64,000 nucleotides of DNA from Candidatus Daviesbacteria bacterium (lineage in GTDB: Bacteria; Patescibacteriota; Microgenomatia; Daviesbacterales; UBA10151): positions 71,760 through 135,759 of the forward strand of contig JAQUSJ010000001.1 in the NCBI GenBank assembly GCA_028715175.1. The letters run 5' to 3'. A program made the translations under genes and the position numbers. Below are positions 38,803 through 49,877 of this stretch, piece by piece. The notes under the pieces were generated by a model. The model ran no database searches. It saw only the letters and a list, made by a program, of their open reading frames with translations, and had not been told where the DNA came from. Position 1 is the stretch's first letter. Every line of letters begins with the position of its first letter.

Positions 38803-40974
38803 CTAAACTCCCGCCATTTCAAAAGTGGATCCCATGGAATTTTTGGAAACTTCGATCCGGACTGGGAATTCTTCTTTTAACTCTTCAATATGGGTGATAA
38901 CTAAAATTTTTTCAAAATCCCCTTTAATTGCATCAATTGCCTCAACCAGCTTAGCTCTTCCCGGTGCATCTTGAGAACCAAAACCTTCATCGATAACTAA
39001 AAATTGTAGTTTTGCTCCGGCCCGATGGGTAAGCAGTTTTGAAATAGCCAGTCGGACGGCAAAATTAACCCTAAAGGCTTCACCACCCGAATACATCTCA
39101 TAAGGTCTTTCACCCATTTCATCCGAAATAATAATATCCAATGTTTCTATGATGCCTTTTTCTCCGCTATCTAATTTAGTTTTTGTTTCCCGCTGGGTCA
39201 AAAGAGTAATCTTCATTCTTCCTTCTGTAAGTTTTTCTAAAAGTTTATTTGCCTCATCCTCAATTTCCGGAATGGCTCCCTCAATAATCATTGCCTGAAT
39301 CCCTTTTTTACCAAAAGCTAAAGCCAGTTCCTCAAAAGTTCCTTTTTCTTTTGCAAGTTTAGATTTTTCATCTGATTTTTGTTTTTTTAAGTTTTCCATC
39401 TGAGCAGTCCGGGAGATAAGTTCATTAATTTGCCCCAGCATTCCTTGAGCCTCTTTTTCTTCTGTTCGTAATTTTGCCATTTCCTGTTCTGCTTCATTGA
39501 TTTCAAGGTTAACTTTGGATAGTTTTTCAGGTAAATCAGATGGAAGTGCTACAATTTCTCTTTTCAGAGTATCGACCTGGGCTTTTTTATTTACAAACAT
39601 TGCCCGCATTTCCGAAACTACCTTTTCTTCGCTTGCAAGGGTGGCCTGAATTTTTAACATTTGTTCTTTGTCGGCTTGGGCCTTTTCCAAACCCTCAAGC
39701 TTTGTACAAATATCAAGATATTTACTTTGGTCGAAGACAAAATTTTTTAATGTGCTTTCTATTTTTTTGATTCTTTCTTCTTCAATAGCAAAATCTATTT
39801 CTTTTAAACTTTTTTGTAAAACTTGGATCTGGTCTGTTATGTTTTTGTGGACATGTTCCTTTTCGGTTTTGCCGATTTCCTGTCCGCAAGTAGGACACTT
39901 GGCCCCGGATATTTTAGTTTCTTTCAACTGGCTGTTTAATTTTTCTATTTCATTTTTAAACTGCTCTGATTTTTGTTTTTTCAAATTAATTTGTCCTAAA
40001 ATATCTGAAAGCTCTTTTTCTAACTCCATCCTTTTTTGTTTTATTTCATCCAGTTTATTCTTCTCACCTTGTAAATCTTTTAATTCTGAAAGTTCCGCGG
40101 TTACTTTATTTAACTTACTCAACTCTTCTTTTAAGGATTCAATTTTAAATTTGCGGTTTTTACCCTGGAAAATGATTTCTTCCAGCTCTTTTTTATTTTG
40201 CAGGAAATTTTGTTCTAATTTTGTTTTTTGTTCATTTGCTATTTTTAGAGTTTCGCGTTTATCTTGTAAATTTTTAATTTTTTCTTGCAGAGTTTTTATT
40301 TTTTCTTCAACTTGAACAATAGTTTCTTCTGCCACTCTTTTCTTCTCACTCCTTTCTTCTTTTTGGGAAAGCTCTGCTTCTATTTCTAAAGTCTGGTATT
40401 CCAAAAGTTGGAGTTTGCTTTGGATCTCTTTTATTTTTTCTTTGGCTTTCTCTTCCAGTAAGTCATAATGGGACAACCCTAAAATATCTGCCAGGATTCT
40501 TTTTCTATCGGTCGGGCCTTTGGTGGTAAATTCATCCGCATGACCCTGGCGGAGGTATGAAGAGTTGGTAAAGGTTTCAAAAGTTAAATGCAAACAGTTG
40601 ATAATTTTTTCTTGGGTGGCTTTTATTGTCCCCTCTGTTAGGTTATGTGATCCGGCTGCGCCGGACCAAAATTCCAAAGTAGTGGAACCGCCACCTTTTT
40701 TGACACGTTTTCTTTCCAGTCTATAAATATTTCCATCTAATTCAAAAGAAAATTCAACACTCATCTCATTAGCGCCTGAGTGGATTAAAGAATCGGCAGA
40801 ATCACCTGCCCGCGATACTCCCCAGATGCACCAGGTGATGGCATCCAAAAGCGATGATTTGCCGGCTCCGTTTAAGCCGGATATAGCAGCCAGTTTAAAT
40901 TTGGTAAAGTCCAACTCAGGCGGATTATCAGCATAACTGGTGAAATTTGATAATTTTAATTTTACCGGTATCAT
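38803..40974 (-). CDS. sbcC: SbcC/Rad50 SMC-family ATPase
   Basis: GLNGAGKS, CPTC zinc hook, SGGE, VIDEGFG. Confidence 0.93.
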   Translation of the reverse strand: MIPVKLKLSNFTSYADNPPELDFTKFKLAAISGLNGAGKSSLLDAITWCIWGVSRAGDSADSLIHSGANEMSVEFSFELDGNIYRLERKRVKKGGGSTTLEFWSGAAGSHNLTEGTIKATQEKIINCLHLTFETFTNSSYLRQGHADEFTTKGPTDRKRILADILGLSHYDLLEEKAKEKIKEIQSKLQLLEYQTLEIEAELSQKEERSEKKRVAEETIVQVEEKIKTLQEKIKNLQDKRETLKIANEQKTKLEQNFLQNKKELEEIIFQGKNRKFKIESLKEELSKLNKVTAELSELKDLQGEKNKLDEIKQKRMELEKELSDILGQINLKKQKSEQFKNEIEKLNSQLKETKISGAKCPTCGQEIGKTEKEHVHKNITDQIQVLQKSLKEIDFAIEEERIKKIESTLKNFVFDQSKYLDICTKLEGLEKAQADKEQMLKIQATLASEEKVVSEMRAMFVNKKAQVDTLKREIVALPSDLPEKLSKVNLEINEAEQEMAKLRTEEKEAQGMLGQINELISRTAQMENLKKQKSDEKSKLAKEKGTFEELALAFGKKGIQAMIIEGAIPEIEDEANKLLEKLTEGRMKITLLTQRETKTKLDSGEKGIIETLDIIISDEMGERPYEMYSGGEAFRVNFAVRLAISKLLTHRAGAKLQFLVIDEGFGSQDAPGRAKLVEAIDAIKGDFEKILVITHIEELKEEFPVRIEVSKNSMGSTFEMAGV

Positions 40975-40975
40975 A

Positions 40976-42169
40976 TTAGTTTTCTAAAAGCGCTGCGGCG
41001 TAATTTTCCAGTTCCTTTTGTTTGCCAGGGGAATATTTTTTTGCTTCAAAGTATTTTTTTAAAGCAGCAATAGGAGTTAAACTTTCTACATCTTTTCCTA
41101 AATCGATTTTTTCCCTTTCAACTTTTTCAATGTTTCGGGAAATTCCAGCTAAAATATGAGCGGAAGATAGTGCTTTTTTAATTTTGTCCATCTCAATATC
41201 TTTATCCAACTCTGCCGGTATATTTATTACCAGCCGGATAATTTTATCAGCAAGAGCGCACTTTTTAATTTCATCTAATACTATTTGGGTTGGGTCAAGA
41301 TCTGTAGTTTTTAAATTAACAGTAACTGTTAAAAATTTTCTTGCTCCTGAGGGAATAAATTTATAGCTTGTTTCAAATTTATCTGACGACTGACGACTGA
41401 TAGCTAATATCTCGACTATTATAAAACCTTTTTCTTCTTTCTCTTCGCCGAAATCTATCCGCTCTGGAGAACCGGAGTAAACAATTAGTGGTCCGGCACC
41501 TGCCGGACTAGAAAGAACTTGATGTTTGTGAATATGGCCTAAAGCCACATAAGAGATCCTTTTATCTTGAAGAAGCGGCAGAGGAATTGTGATATCGTTT
41601 CCGATAGCCAGTCCCTTTTCCGACCCAAAAACTGAACCTTCAATTTCGGCATGCGAGGCCAGTATTGCAGGTCCGCCAGCTGGCGGAGGCTTAATTTTTT
41701 CATACATAAGTTTTAATTTTTCGGCAACTTGCTTGTAGTCATTTTTATGGAGCCAGGGAAGAGTAATAACTTGTAAATTGCCGGATTTGGTCTTAATTTG
41801 CAAAAGTTCCGGAAATCTTGAAACCCAGACATTTTCTATCTCCAGGGCAGAGTAGATATCCAAAGTATTGGCTTTGCCTTCTGCATTTGGAGTGTCATGG
41901 TTTCCCACCACCAGCACAACAGGGATTTTTTTGGCCAGTATCTTAATTCTTTCTCCAAATCCCCGCTGTTGGGTGGGGTTTGGATCTCTGGTTTTATAGG
42001 CATCTCCTGCAAAAATGACTGCGTCAACCTGCTCTTCAAAAGCTTTTTCCACTATAAAATCAAAAGTCTTAAAAAAGTCGAGTAATCTGGTAGAAAGTCC
42101 GGTTTCCGGATCCAACCTGGTATAATTTTCCATACCAATATGCAGGTCGGAAAAATGAAGTAGTTTCAT
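40976..42169 (-). CDS. sbcD: SbcD/Mre11 nuclease
   Basis: SDLH, GD, GNHD, LGHIH, YSGS. Confidence 0.93.
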   Translation of the reverse strand: MKLLHFSDLHIGMENYTRLDPETGLSTRLLDFFKTFDFIVEKAFEEQVDAVIFAGDAYKTRDPNPTQQRGFGERIKILAKKIPVVLVVGNHDTPNAEGKANTLDIYSALEIENVWVSRFPELLQIKTKSGNLQVITLPWLHKNDYKQVAEKLKLMYEKIKPPPAGGPAILASHAEIEGSVFGSEKGLAIGNDITIPLPLLQDKRISYVALGHIHKHQVLSSPAGAGPLIVYSGSPERIDFGEEKEEKGFIIVEILAISRQSSDKFETSYKFIPSGARKFLTVTVNLKTTDLDPTQIVLDEIKKCALADKIIRLVINIPAELDKDIEMDKIKKALSSAHILAGISRNIEKVEREKIDLGKDVESLTPIAALKKYFEAKKYSPGKQKELENYAAALLEN

Positions 42170-42210
42170 CGGGGAGATTATATCATTGCTTGGTCAGGTA
42201 TAATATCCAC

Positions 42211-43353
42211 ATGTTCAGATGCCGTATAGATAAAGTTAGATCACACCTTAAAAAACAAAACCTAGATGCAGTTTTGATTTCTGCTGTATCCAATATTTGT
42301 TATCTTACTGGCTATGCTAATTTTTCTCAAAATGAGCGAGAAGCATATTTAATTATTACAAAAAATGAACAATTCATCATTACCGATGGTAGGTATTCGG
42401 GTGTAATAAAAAGACAAGTCCCCTATTTTAAATTACTGGAACTAACTGGTGAAAATTCTCTTAAAAATATTTTTGCAAAGTTTGCCCGTCTTAAAGTTTT
42501 GGGGATAGAAGAAGACGAAATAACTGTTTCAGAACATAAGATGTTAAAAAAACATTTTAAGAAAATGAAGCATCTGGATATTAAATCTCACAGATCAGTT
42601 AAAACTGATGATGAGATTAGAAAAATAGAGGAAGCTGCAAAATTAGGAGATAAAGCATTTAAGTATATTTTAGGGAAAATAAAAGAAGGTATTAGCGAAA
42701 AAGAATTGGCATATGAATTGGAATTATTTATCAAGAAAAATGGAGGAGAGTTGTCTTTTCCTCCGATTATTGCTTTTGGTCGAAACTCTGCCATACCACA
42801 TCATCAAACAGGAGAAACTAAATTGGATAAAAAAGAAGGACAGTTTATCCTCCTTGATTTCGGGGTGAAACTTGAAAATTATTGTTCAGATATGACAAGG
42901 ACCATAATTTTTGGAAAACCAACTAATAAACAAAAAAGAATATACGAAACAGTACTAAAAGCCCAGCAAAAAGCGATAGATTTTATAAATTCAAAAATTA
43001 AATCAGGTAAAAAAGTTAAGGCTTCTGATGCAGATAAAACTGCCAGAGATTTTATTATTTCCCAAAAATATCCAAATATTCCTCATTCTTTGGGACACGG
43101 CATCGGTTTACAAGTGCACGAACATCCCTCTCTTTCTTCCAAAAGCCGCGATATTTTAAAGACAGGGATGGTTTTTTCGATAGAGCCGGGGATATATTTA
43201 CCTGATTTCGGCGGGGTAAGAACTGAGGATCTATTTTGCATCAGCAAAATAGTCCCGAGCGAAACGAAGGGTTTATTTGTTTTGGGAAAAAATGACTTAA
43301 AGCAGTTAACTAATTCACCGAAATCAATCATTTCCATTCAAGCGTTAAGTTGA
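42211..43353 (+). CDS. Xaa-Pro aminopeptidase (M24B)
   Basis: TDGRY, AIPHH, DFG...YCSDMTRT, HSLGHGIG..VHE, EPGIY, RTED. Confidence 0.92.
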   Translation: MFRCRIDKVRSHLKKQNLDAVLISAVSNICYLTGYANFSQNEREAYLIITKNEQFIITDGRYSGVIKRQVPYFKLLELTGENSLKNIFAKFARLKVLGIEEDEITVSEHKMLKKHFKKMKHLDIKSHRSVKTDDEIRKIEEAAKLGDKAFKYILGKIKEGISEKELAYELELFIKKNGGELSFPPIIAFGRNSAIPHHQTGETKLDKKEGQFILLDFGVKLENYCSDMTRTIIFGKPTNKQKRIYETVLKAQQKAIDFINSKIKSGKKVKASDADKTARDFIISQKYPNIPHSLGHGIGLQVHEHPSLSSKSRDILKTGMVFSIEPGIYLPDFGGVRTEDLFCISKIVPSETKGLFVLGKNDLKQLTNSPKSIISIQALS

Positions 43354-43388
43354 CATTAATATTACGACCGTAGCATTAATGTTAACCA

Positions 43389-43892
43389 TTATTGCGAATA
43401 AAACCAGAAACTATCTATTTTTTTATATGGTTTCCAGTTTGGAAAATGGTAAGTTTGGGTAATGATTACTGTTTTCTTTTTTAATTCTTTTTTCAATTTT
43501 TCTTCTAATTTTTTAACACCTTTTGGTAAAAGATAAATATAGATTACATCAGCGTCAGCATAATTTTTTGAAAAAAGATTGCCATGATAAAATTTTACGT
43601 TCCCAGGCGTGGTCTGGGAAGCTGATTTTATGCGAGAATAAAGAACGCGCAGCCATGATTGTTCAATGCCCACTGAATGCGCTCCTAAGCTGGCTGCTGC
43701 AAAAACAACCCTGCCATCCCCGGATCCTAATTCATAAAACTTTTTTCCTCTTTTTACGCCAGCTAATTTCAAAATCTTTTTTATTTGATCCATTTTAGTG
43801 GGAACAAACGGTGCGTCAGTTCCGGCAAACCAGGATAGGGCTATAACGCAACCTATTAAGATGCCTCCGGAGATAATGAGTGATATATCCAT
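43389..43892 (-). CDS. Small SAM-dependent methyltransferase with N-terminal TM
   Basis: APFVPT, ELGSGDGR, ADVIYIYL. Confidence 0.85.
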   Translation of the reverse strand: MDISLIISGGILIGCVIALSWFAGTDAPFVPTKMDQIKKILKLAGVKRGKKFYELGSGDGRVVFAAASLGAHSVGIEQSWLRVLYSRIKSASQTTPGNVKFYHGNLFSKNYADADVIYIYLLPKGVKKLEEKLKKELKKKTVIITQTYHFPNWKPYKKIDSFWFYSQ

Positions 43893-43972
43893 ATTTTGTG
43901 TCATCCTGAACGTAGCGAAAGATCTTCCGTGGTCGCGGAAGATTGCCCGCTAATCGCTCGCAATGACGGGAA

Positions 43973-45040
43973 TTATTTCCCAATCAATTTTAGCAAAAAA
44001 ATTTTGAGTGGAGTTAAGCGGTCTACAGCAGTAAACAGCCAATATACCGGCCAGTTAAATACCAAATCATAAGTCCCGATATATTCTGTTAATTGTCCTC
44101 CATATCCCTGTTTAAACTTATGAAAGCCAAACCAGGGATCTTTTGGATTTGCATCAGGACCCAGGGCTCCCCACATGTCAAACTTTTTAAAACCCATTTT
44201 TTTACCTAATTTTATAGCTTCCCAGGCCACTAAATTATTTGCCATTACCTCCGGGTGGATTTTGGAAGAACCGCCGTAAGGGTAATAAAGAGTACCTTTA
44301 AAATTTAACAGCATCCAGGCAGTTAAGGGTAGTTGGTAGTAAGCAATAAGTAAACGAGCCATGCCGGCATTTTTCAGGGTTTGCCAGACTTTGCGGTGAT
44401 AGTTTTTATTATGTCCATGATAACCTTGTCTTTTGGTAGTTTCAAAATATAATTTTAAATAAATTTCAAAAGCCTCATCGTCCCTTCTTTCTTCCACTCT
44501 TACTCGATGTTTTTGGGCAACCTTGATGTTGTATCTGGTTTTCGGGTGCATTTTTTTTAAAAGTTCTTCTTCTGATTTTGTTAAATCAACAATAAAATTA
44601 TATTTAGTAAATAACGGTTTAGGGGATTTGATAAAATTCGTATCAACGCTGTCATTCTGAGCGATTAGCGAAGAATATAATTCTGGGTTTATATCCTTCG
44701 TTTCACTCAGGACGACAGGATGAATGTTAGCGATGACATCAGGCTCTATTTTTATGAAAGCGCAATTATTTTCCTGGCCGATTTTTTTTAAAGCTTTTGC
44801 TAATTCTTTGTTAGGGAATGGACCTTTTGGGAGGTAGCCGACGTATTGGTTTGTAAAGGGAATCTTATGTAAAGTTAGCTGGAAGGCTTTGGATAATTTG
44901 TTTCCGTGGTATATGCCGTAGCGCAGAAGCGGAATTTGTAGAGATTTTCTAAACTCTCCCCATTCGTATGACTGGATGACATGAGTAACTAATTTGTTGT
45001 ACTGTGATTTTTGTTTGTCGCCGATTGGTCGTAAATCCAT
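43973..45040 (-). CDS. FemABX-family peptidoglycan bridge aminoacyltransferase
   Basis: QSYEWG, YLPKGP, KTRYNI, YYPYGGS, FDMWG, FKQGYGG. Confidence 0.92.
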   Translation of the reverse strand: MDLRPIGDKQKSQYNKLVTHVIQSYEWGEFRKSLQIPLLRYGIYHGNKLSKAFQLTLHKIPFTNQYVGYLPKGPFPNKELAKALKKIGQENNCAFIKIEPDVIANIHPVVLSETKDINPELYSSLIAQNDSVDTNFIKSPKPLFTKYNFIVDLTKSEEELLKKMHPKTRYNIKVAQKHRVRVEERRDDEAFEIYLKLYFETTKRQGYHGHNKNYHRKVWQTLKNAGMARLLIAYYQLPLTAWMLLNFKGTLYYPYGGSSKIHPEVMANNLVAWEAIKLGKKMGFKKFDMWGALGPDANPKDPWFGFHKFKQGYGGQLTEYIGTYDLVFNWPVYWLFTAVDRLTPLKIFLLKLIGK

Positions 45041-45130
45041 GCGACAAGTATATAAGGACCTGCTTCGTACTTCAATATGAATATTTTATTTCGTGCTCGC
45101 AGAACCTTGCCTTTTCGCTACGCGAAAACG

Positions 45131-45823
45131 TCAGAAGATTTGGATTTTGGCTTTTGTTTTAAGTTCCTGGAATTTTTCTGAAAAGATTTGAGTTAATTTT
45201 TGGTTTTTGAGATTATCGTAAGCTTCTTTTTCCTGTCCTGCAGAATCTGTTGCACGCAGCTGATCTTGATTTTGTTCTATAAATTTTGTGACTTCTTCCG
45301 CGGAAACTGTCGCATCGTTTGCGTAGAGTTTTTCAATTGTTAATTGCAATTTAATTTGATTTCTGATGCTTATCTTTGTTTGTCCCTGTTGAGCAAGCAT
45401 GGCGTCCAGAGTTTGCGCTCCGCCCAAACTTGTTTCTATTTCCGAGATTTTTTTATCAACATCCGCCTCTGATACTACCGCATGATTTTTTGCAGCTTCG
45501 TCCAAAATTATTTTCTCATTTATCATTTGAGTTAAGGTTTGAGAGCGGAAATCCCGATTAAGGCGCATCTGCAGCTCTAGATTATTGATAGGTGAGCCAT
45601 TTACTGTTGCAGCAACAAACCAATTCTTTTTGAATATTACCAAAAGCAGCAATCCTGTGATTATCAGGATAATATAAAATTTCTTTGAGGATCGGAAGTT
45701 TTTTAAAGAAGATAATTTATCCAGTAAATTATTAACTGTACTAAATGGATAATTCGGTTTTTGTTTAACAAGAGACTGTTTAGCCATTGACCGATAATAA
45801 CAGAAATAATTGTATTTTGGCAA
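45131..45823 (-). CDS. SurA N-terminal/PrsA-like foldase (start probably ~45787)
   Basis: TM then VAATVNG.PI, MINEKII.DEA, LK.KAKI. Confidence 0.75.
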   Translation of the reverse strand: MPKYNYFCYYRSMAKQSLVKQKPNYPFSTVNNLLDKLSSLKNFRSSKKFYIILIITGLLLLVIFKKNWFVAATVNGSPINNLELQMRLNRDFRSQTLTQMINEKIILDEAAKNHAVVSEADVDKKISEIETSLGGAQTLDAMLAQQGQTKISIRNQIKLQLTIEKLYANDATVSAEEVTKFIEQNQDQLRATDSAGQEKEAYDNLKNQKLTQIFSEKFQELKTKAKIQIF

Positions 45824-45844
45824 GAGCTAATCTATGATGATTAT

Positions 45845-46486
45845 ATGCAAAGAGGTTCTGCCCAACTTCTAGTGGTTTTTATTGCTGTAACTGCTCTTGC
45901 GGCAGGTGGTTATTATTACTTAAGCGCTAAAGGCAAAAATCCTTTGCCAGCTATTAATGCAAATGTTGCTCCTTTAAAAACTCTTCAGTCCAGTGATTAT
46001 GCAAATCAAAGTTTGGGTTTTGGTTTTACATACCCGAAGAGGTTTTTCGCAAAAGATGATTCCGAAGATGAATTTAATAAGCGGGGCAATGGTGATTTCA
46101 GGAAGAATTTTAAAGGTTATGTTGGATATGAGCCGGGAAAATTTTTAGGAGCAGCGGTGGTGTTGGATAAAAATAACGATTACGAGCAAAACCCTTTTAC
46201 TGTTTGGGTTTTTAATAACCCGCAAAATTTAAGTATTGATAACTGGTATAAAAATTATTGGTATTATCCATTTGTCTGGGGAGATTTTACATATTCTGGA
46301 AAAGTTGTCTTAGCTCCAAAAGAAGAAGCCACAATTTCAGGGCAGCCGGCCAAATCCGGAGTTATTGATTATCAACCCGGAAAACCAAAATTTATTTATG
46401 TGGCAAAAGATGGGAAAATGTATTTATTCAGGGTGATTGGGGAAACTGGTAATCAGATTCTTTCCACTTTTAAATTCCTAAAGTAA
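45845..46486 (+). CDS. Exported PsbP-like protein with pilin-like N-terminus
   Basis: MQRGSAQLL + TM; GFTYP; C-terminal QILSTFKF. Confidence 0.6.
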   Translation: MQRGSAQLLVVFIAVTALAAGGYYYLSAKGKNPLPAINANVAPLKTLQSSDYANQSLGFGFTYPKRFFAKDDSEDEFNKRGNGDFRKNFKGYVGYEPGKFLGAAVVLDKNNDYEQNPFTVWVFNNPQNLSIDNWYKNYWYYPFVWGDFTYSGKVVLAPKEEATISGQPAKSGVIDYQPGKPKFIYVAKDGKMYLFRVIGETGNQILSTFKFLK

Positions 46487-46524
46487 GTAAATATCTACTC
46501 TTCGATTTCATTCAGGGTGAACAA

Positions 46525-47220
46525 TTATAAAAGATAGATATCCACAAATCTTGCAGTCCAGCCGGCAGTGCGAGTATCATCAAAGCCTAAATCAATGATA
46601 TTGCCTTTAATTGCCCCACCAGTATCACCGGCTATGGCCATGCCGTATCCTGGAACATAAGCCTTGCTTCGAAGTTTTATTACCTGGGGATCCACGGCAA
46701 TTACCCCTTTGCCGGCCCTCATGCCTATGGCTGTCCATTCGTTGCAACCCGGGCATCTAGAATCATAATGAGTGGCATAAACCCGCATTTTTTTCCAATA
46801 TTTAATTTCTCCATCCGGAGTCTGTAAAGTTTTCCAGACTATTTTGGTACCCCGCAAAATTTTTTTATCTTCGGCAGGTATTGTTTCAACAGAAATCAGT
46901 TCTCTTTCATATTCTTCCCCCTCTTTTGAATAAGTAATTTTATATATTTTTGTTTTTTTACCATCTGCTCCTTCTTCCAAGACTTTTTCTTCACCTGCTT
47001 CGGTTTCCGGATCATCTTGATAAACTGTTTTCTTAGCTAGAACTTCAGTTTCTTCCTGCAGTTTTTCTGTAAAAGAGGATTCGGTATGAACAGGTTGATT
47101 AACCGGCAAACTGTTGATTGGAGATCCCGTAGATTGTCCCAAAATAGCAGGGGGTTGCCAGAAAGTTTTGGCAAAGGTAGTCAGCGCAAATATTAAAATA
47201 ATTCCTAAATATTTTTCCAT
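46525..47220 (-). CDS. G5 plus 3D domain cell-wall protein
   Basis: G5 (EEGADG...RGTK); ATHY, IAVDP.VI, AGDTGGAIKGN.IDL. Confidence 0.9.
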   Translation of the reverse strand: MEKYLGIILIFALTTFAKTFWQPPAILGQSTGSPINSLPVNQPVHTESSFTEKLQEETEVLAKKTVYQDDPETEAGEEKVLEEGADGKKTKIYKITYSKEGEEYERELISVETIPAEDKKILRGTKIVWKTLQTPDGEIKYWKKMRVYATHYDSRCPGCNEWTAIGMRAGKGVIAVDPQVIKLRSKAYVPGYGMAIAGDTGGAIKGNIIDLGFDDTRTAGWTARFVDIYLL

Positions 47221-47271
47221 TGTATAGATCCTTCGACTCTCCGGCTTCCGCCGGATCGCTCAGGACGCCTT

Positions 47272-49257
47272 TCAGGCGTTTAACCAGTCATCTTCGTCAA
47301 TTGAGTTTGATATATCACTTGCTGTATTGGGTTGATCTTTGTCTCTGTAATTTGTATTACTACTGATCAAGTTTTCCGGAATGTCTATTAAGAATCTGGA
47401 AACCAGGTTGTTGCTTCGTGTACCAAAGTACAATCTTTGCCCGGTATAAGTTAAATAAAGTTTTTCTTTGGCGCGGGTGATGCCGACATACATAAGTCTT
47501 CTTTCTTCTTCCAGTTCCCGGACATCCAGCATGGATCTGGAGTGAGGGAATAAACCTTCTTCCATGCCAACCATGAAAACAATTGGGAATTCCAATCCTT
47601 TGGCGCTATGGAGAGTCATTAAAGTTACGGCATCAACCGGCTGTTTGCTGTTAGTTTTTCGCTTTTGACCAGGTATGTTGCCGTTTTCCACCAGAGCCAC
47701 TTTTTCTAAAAACTCTGTTAAATCAGAGAACTGTTCCGCAACCGAGCGAAGCTCTTTAACATTTTCCGCGCGCATTTTGCCTTCTTCGCTGCTGTCATCA
47801 AGATATGCCAAATACCCTGTTGCCTGTAGGATTTTGTCTAAAAGTTCTAAGGTAGTGTAAGGCAGATTGTCATTCTGAGGCGGAGCCGAAGAATATAAAT
47901 TAGATCCTTCGTTGTCGCTCAGGATGACAGAGCGAAGCTCTATCGCTTTTGATAATCTGCCTTTACCAATTTTTTCGGCTCTCTTTAAAGAAATAGAATC
48001 TTCGGGATTTTGGAGTAAACGGAGATAGGCGAGAATATCCTTAATTTCTTTTCTGGCATAGAAGCTGACCCCGCCTACTAATTTATAAGGTATGCCGACT
48101 TTCAGGAATTGTTCCTCCAGAGCCCGGGATTGGGCATTAGTTCTGTAAAGAATAGCATATGAGTTTAGAGTTCGTAGTTCGTAGTTCGTAGTTTTTTTGT
48201 CTTTACTATGAACTAATAACTCTGAACTATGAACTATTTTGTCTACGACAAAATTAGCTTCTTCAACCTCATTTCTTGTTTCAACTACCTCTATTTTTTC
48301 TCCTCCATCTTTCTTGGTCCAGAGTTTTAAGATGGGATGAGATTTATTTTTGGAGATGACAGCAAAGGCAGCATCCAGGATATTTTGAGTGGAACGGTAG
48401 TTTTGTTCCAGATTAAAGATCGCTACATTCGGATAATCCTTTTGGAAATTAACAATATTGCGAAAATCTGCTCCTCTAAACGAGTACACACTTTGGCTTG
48501 CGTCCCCCACAACACAAATATTTTTATGGCGGTTACTCAAGTATTTTGAAATCAGATATTGAGCAGGATTAGTATCCTGGTATTCATCAATTAAAATATA
48601 CTTAAATTGAATTTGGTATCTGGTTAAAATTGCTGGTTCGGCTTGGAATAATTTAATTACATATAATAATAAATCATCAAAATCCAGAGCATGGTTTCTT
48701 TCCAGAATTTTTTGATATTCCAAATAAATTTTCGCTACAATTTCCTGAAAATAACCCCGGGCATATTGAGGGTATTCTAAAGAAGAAATTAATTCATTTT
48801 TTGCCCCTGATATAGTGGATCTAACAGAAAAAGGAGAAGTTTTTTGAAGCGGGATATTTAAATTACCCATAGCTTCTTTGACAGCATCCAAAGCATCACC
48901 TTCATCATAGATAGCAAAACCGGGAGGCAACTTCAAGACTTTGCCGTCCCGGCGCAAAACCCTGGCGCAAAAACTATGAAATGTTCCCATCATTGGTTCG
49001 TGGTTTGCTGCCAGCGGTTCATTGGCCAAAAGTTTCCTGATACGTTCCATCATCTCGCCGGCCGCTTTATTAGTGAAAGTCAAAACCAGGATATTTTCCG
49101 GAGGAATTTTCTTTTCGGAAATTAAATAAGCCACCCGGTAGGTTAAAACTCTGGTTTTGCCTGAACCGGCTCCGGCCAAAATAAGAGTCGGACCCTCAGT
49201 TGCTTTAACAGCTTTCTGTTGTGCGGGATTTAGATCATTTAAAAGAGAATTGGGCAT
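47272..49257 (-). CDS. pcrA: PcrA/UvrD helicase with repeat-derived insertions
   Basis: AGAGSGKT, DEYQD, YRS, LMTLHSAKGLEF, EERRLMYVGITRA. Confidence 0.96.
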   Translation of the reverse strand: MPNSLLNDLNPAQQKAVKATEGPTLILAGAGSGKTRVLTYRVAYLISEKKIPPENILVLTFTNKAAGEMMERIRKLLANEPLAANHEPMMGTFHSFCARVLRRDGKVLKLPPGFAIYDEGDALDAVKEAMGNLNIPLQKTSPFSVRSTISGAKNELISSLEYPQYARGYFQEIVAKIYLEYQKILERNHALDFDDLLLYVIKLFQAEPAILTRYQIQFKYILIDEYQDTNPAQYLISKYLSNRHKNICVVGDASQSVYSFRGADFRNIVNFQKDYPNVAIFNLEQNYRSTQNILDAAFAVISKNKSHPILKLWTKKDGGEKIEVVETRNEVEEANFVVDKIVHSSELLVHSKDKKTTNYELRTLNSYAILYRTNAQSRALEEQFLKVGIPYKLVGGVSFYARKEIKDILAYLRLLQNPEDSISLKRAEKIGKGRLSKAIELRSVILSDNEGSNLYSSAPPQNDNLPYTTLELLDKILQATGYLAYLDDSSEEGKMRAENVKELRSVAEQFSDLTEFLEKVALVENGNIPGQKRKTNSKQPVDAVTLMTLHSAKGLEFPIVFMVGMEEGLFPHSRSMLDVRELEEERRLMYVGITRAKEKLYLTYTGQRLYFGTRSNNLVSRFLIDIPENLISSNTNYRDKDQPNTASDISNSIDEDDWLNA

Positions 49258-49319
49258 AGATGGAGTCAGTATAACACCCCTTTTACTTTTTTAAAAAGCA
49301 TGTTATTATTTTTACCCTT

Positions 49320-49577
49320 ATGATTAAGCTTTTAGATTTTTGGGCTCCCTGGTGCGGACCATGCCAAATAATGACACCTGTCATTGAAGAATTGGACAAG
49401 GAATTTAAAGGCAAAGTAGAGATAGAGAAAATCAATGTTGATGAGAATCAAAGTAAAGCTAGCGAATATGGAGTAATGAGTATTCCTACCTATGTTGTTT
49501 TAAAAGATGGAAAAGAAGTTGGTCGAAAGATTGGTGTTACTTCAAAAGCAGATCTTTTAGCTCTATTTAAAAGTTGA
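49320..49577 (+). CDS. trxA: Thioredoxin
   Basis: DFWAPWCGPC, SIPT. Confidence 0.95.
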   Translation: MIKLLDFWAPWCGPCQIMTPVIEELDKEFKGKVEIEKINVDENQSKASEYGVMSIPTYVVLKDGKEVGRKIGVTSKADLLALFKS

Positions 49578-49873
49578 ACTTCAAAAATCGTGTTATTGAA
49601 ATCGTTAATAAGATTCCTTATGGTAAAGTTACCACTTATGGTACTGTGGCCACTTTGGCAGGAATTCCGAGAGGCGGAAGGCTGGTGGGTGGGATTTTGC
49701 ATTTTAATATTGATAGCTCTCCTTGGCATAGAGTAGTCAATAGACACGGGTTTATTTCTACTAAATGTCTGGATCATCCAAAAGAATTACAGAAAGCACT
49801 TTTGGAACAAGAAGGCATAGAAGTGAGTAATGATTTCATGATAAACTTACAAAAGTATGGCTGGTGGGGTTAA
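49574..49873 (+). CDS. Alkyltransferase-like protein (ATL, MGMT family)
   Basis: IPYGKVTTYG, PWHRVV (Trp replaces catalytic Cys), LEQEG. Confidence 0.9.
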   Translation: MNFKNRVIEIVNKIPYGKVTTYGTVATLAGIPRGGRLVGGILHFNIDSSPWHRVVNRHGFISTKCLDHPKELQKALLEQEGIEVSNDFMINLQKYGWWG

Positions 49874-49877
49874 TGTT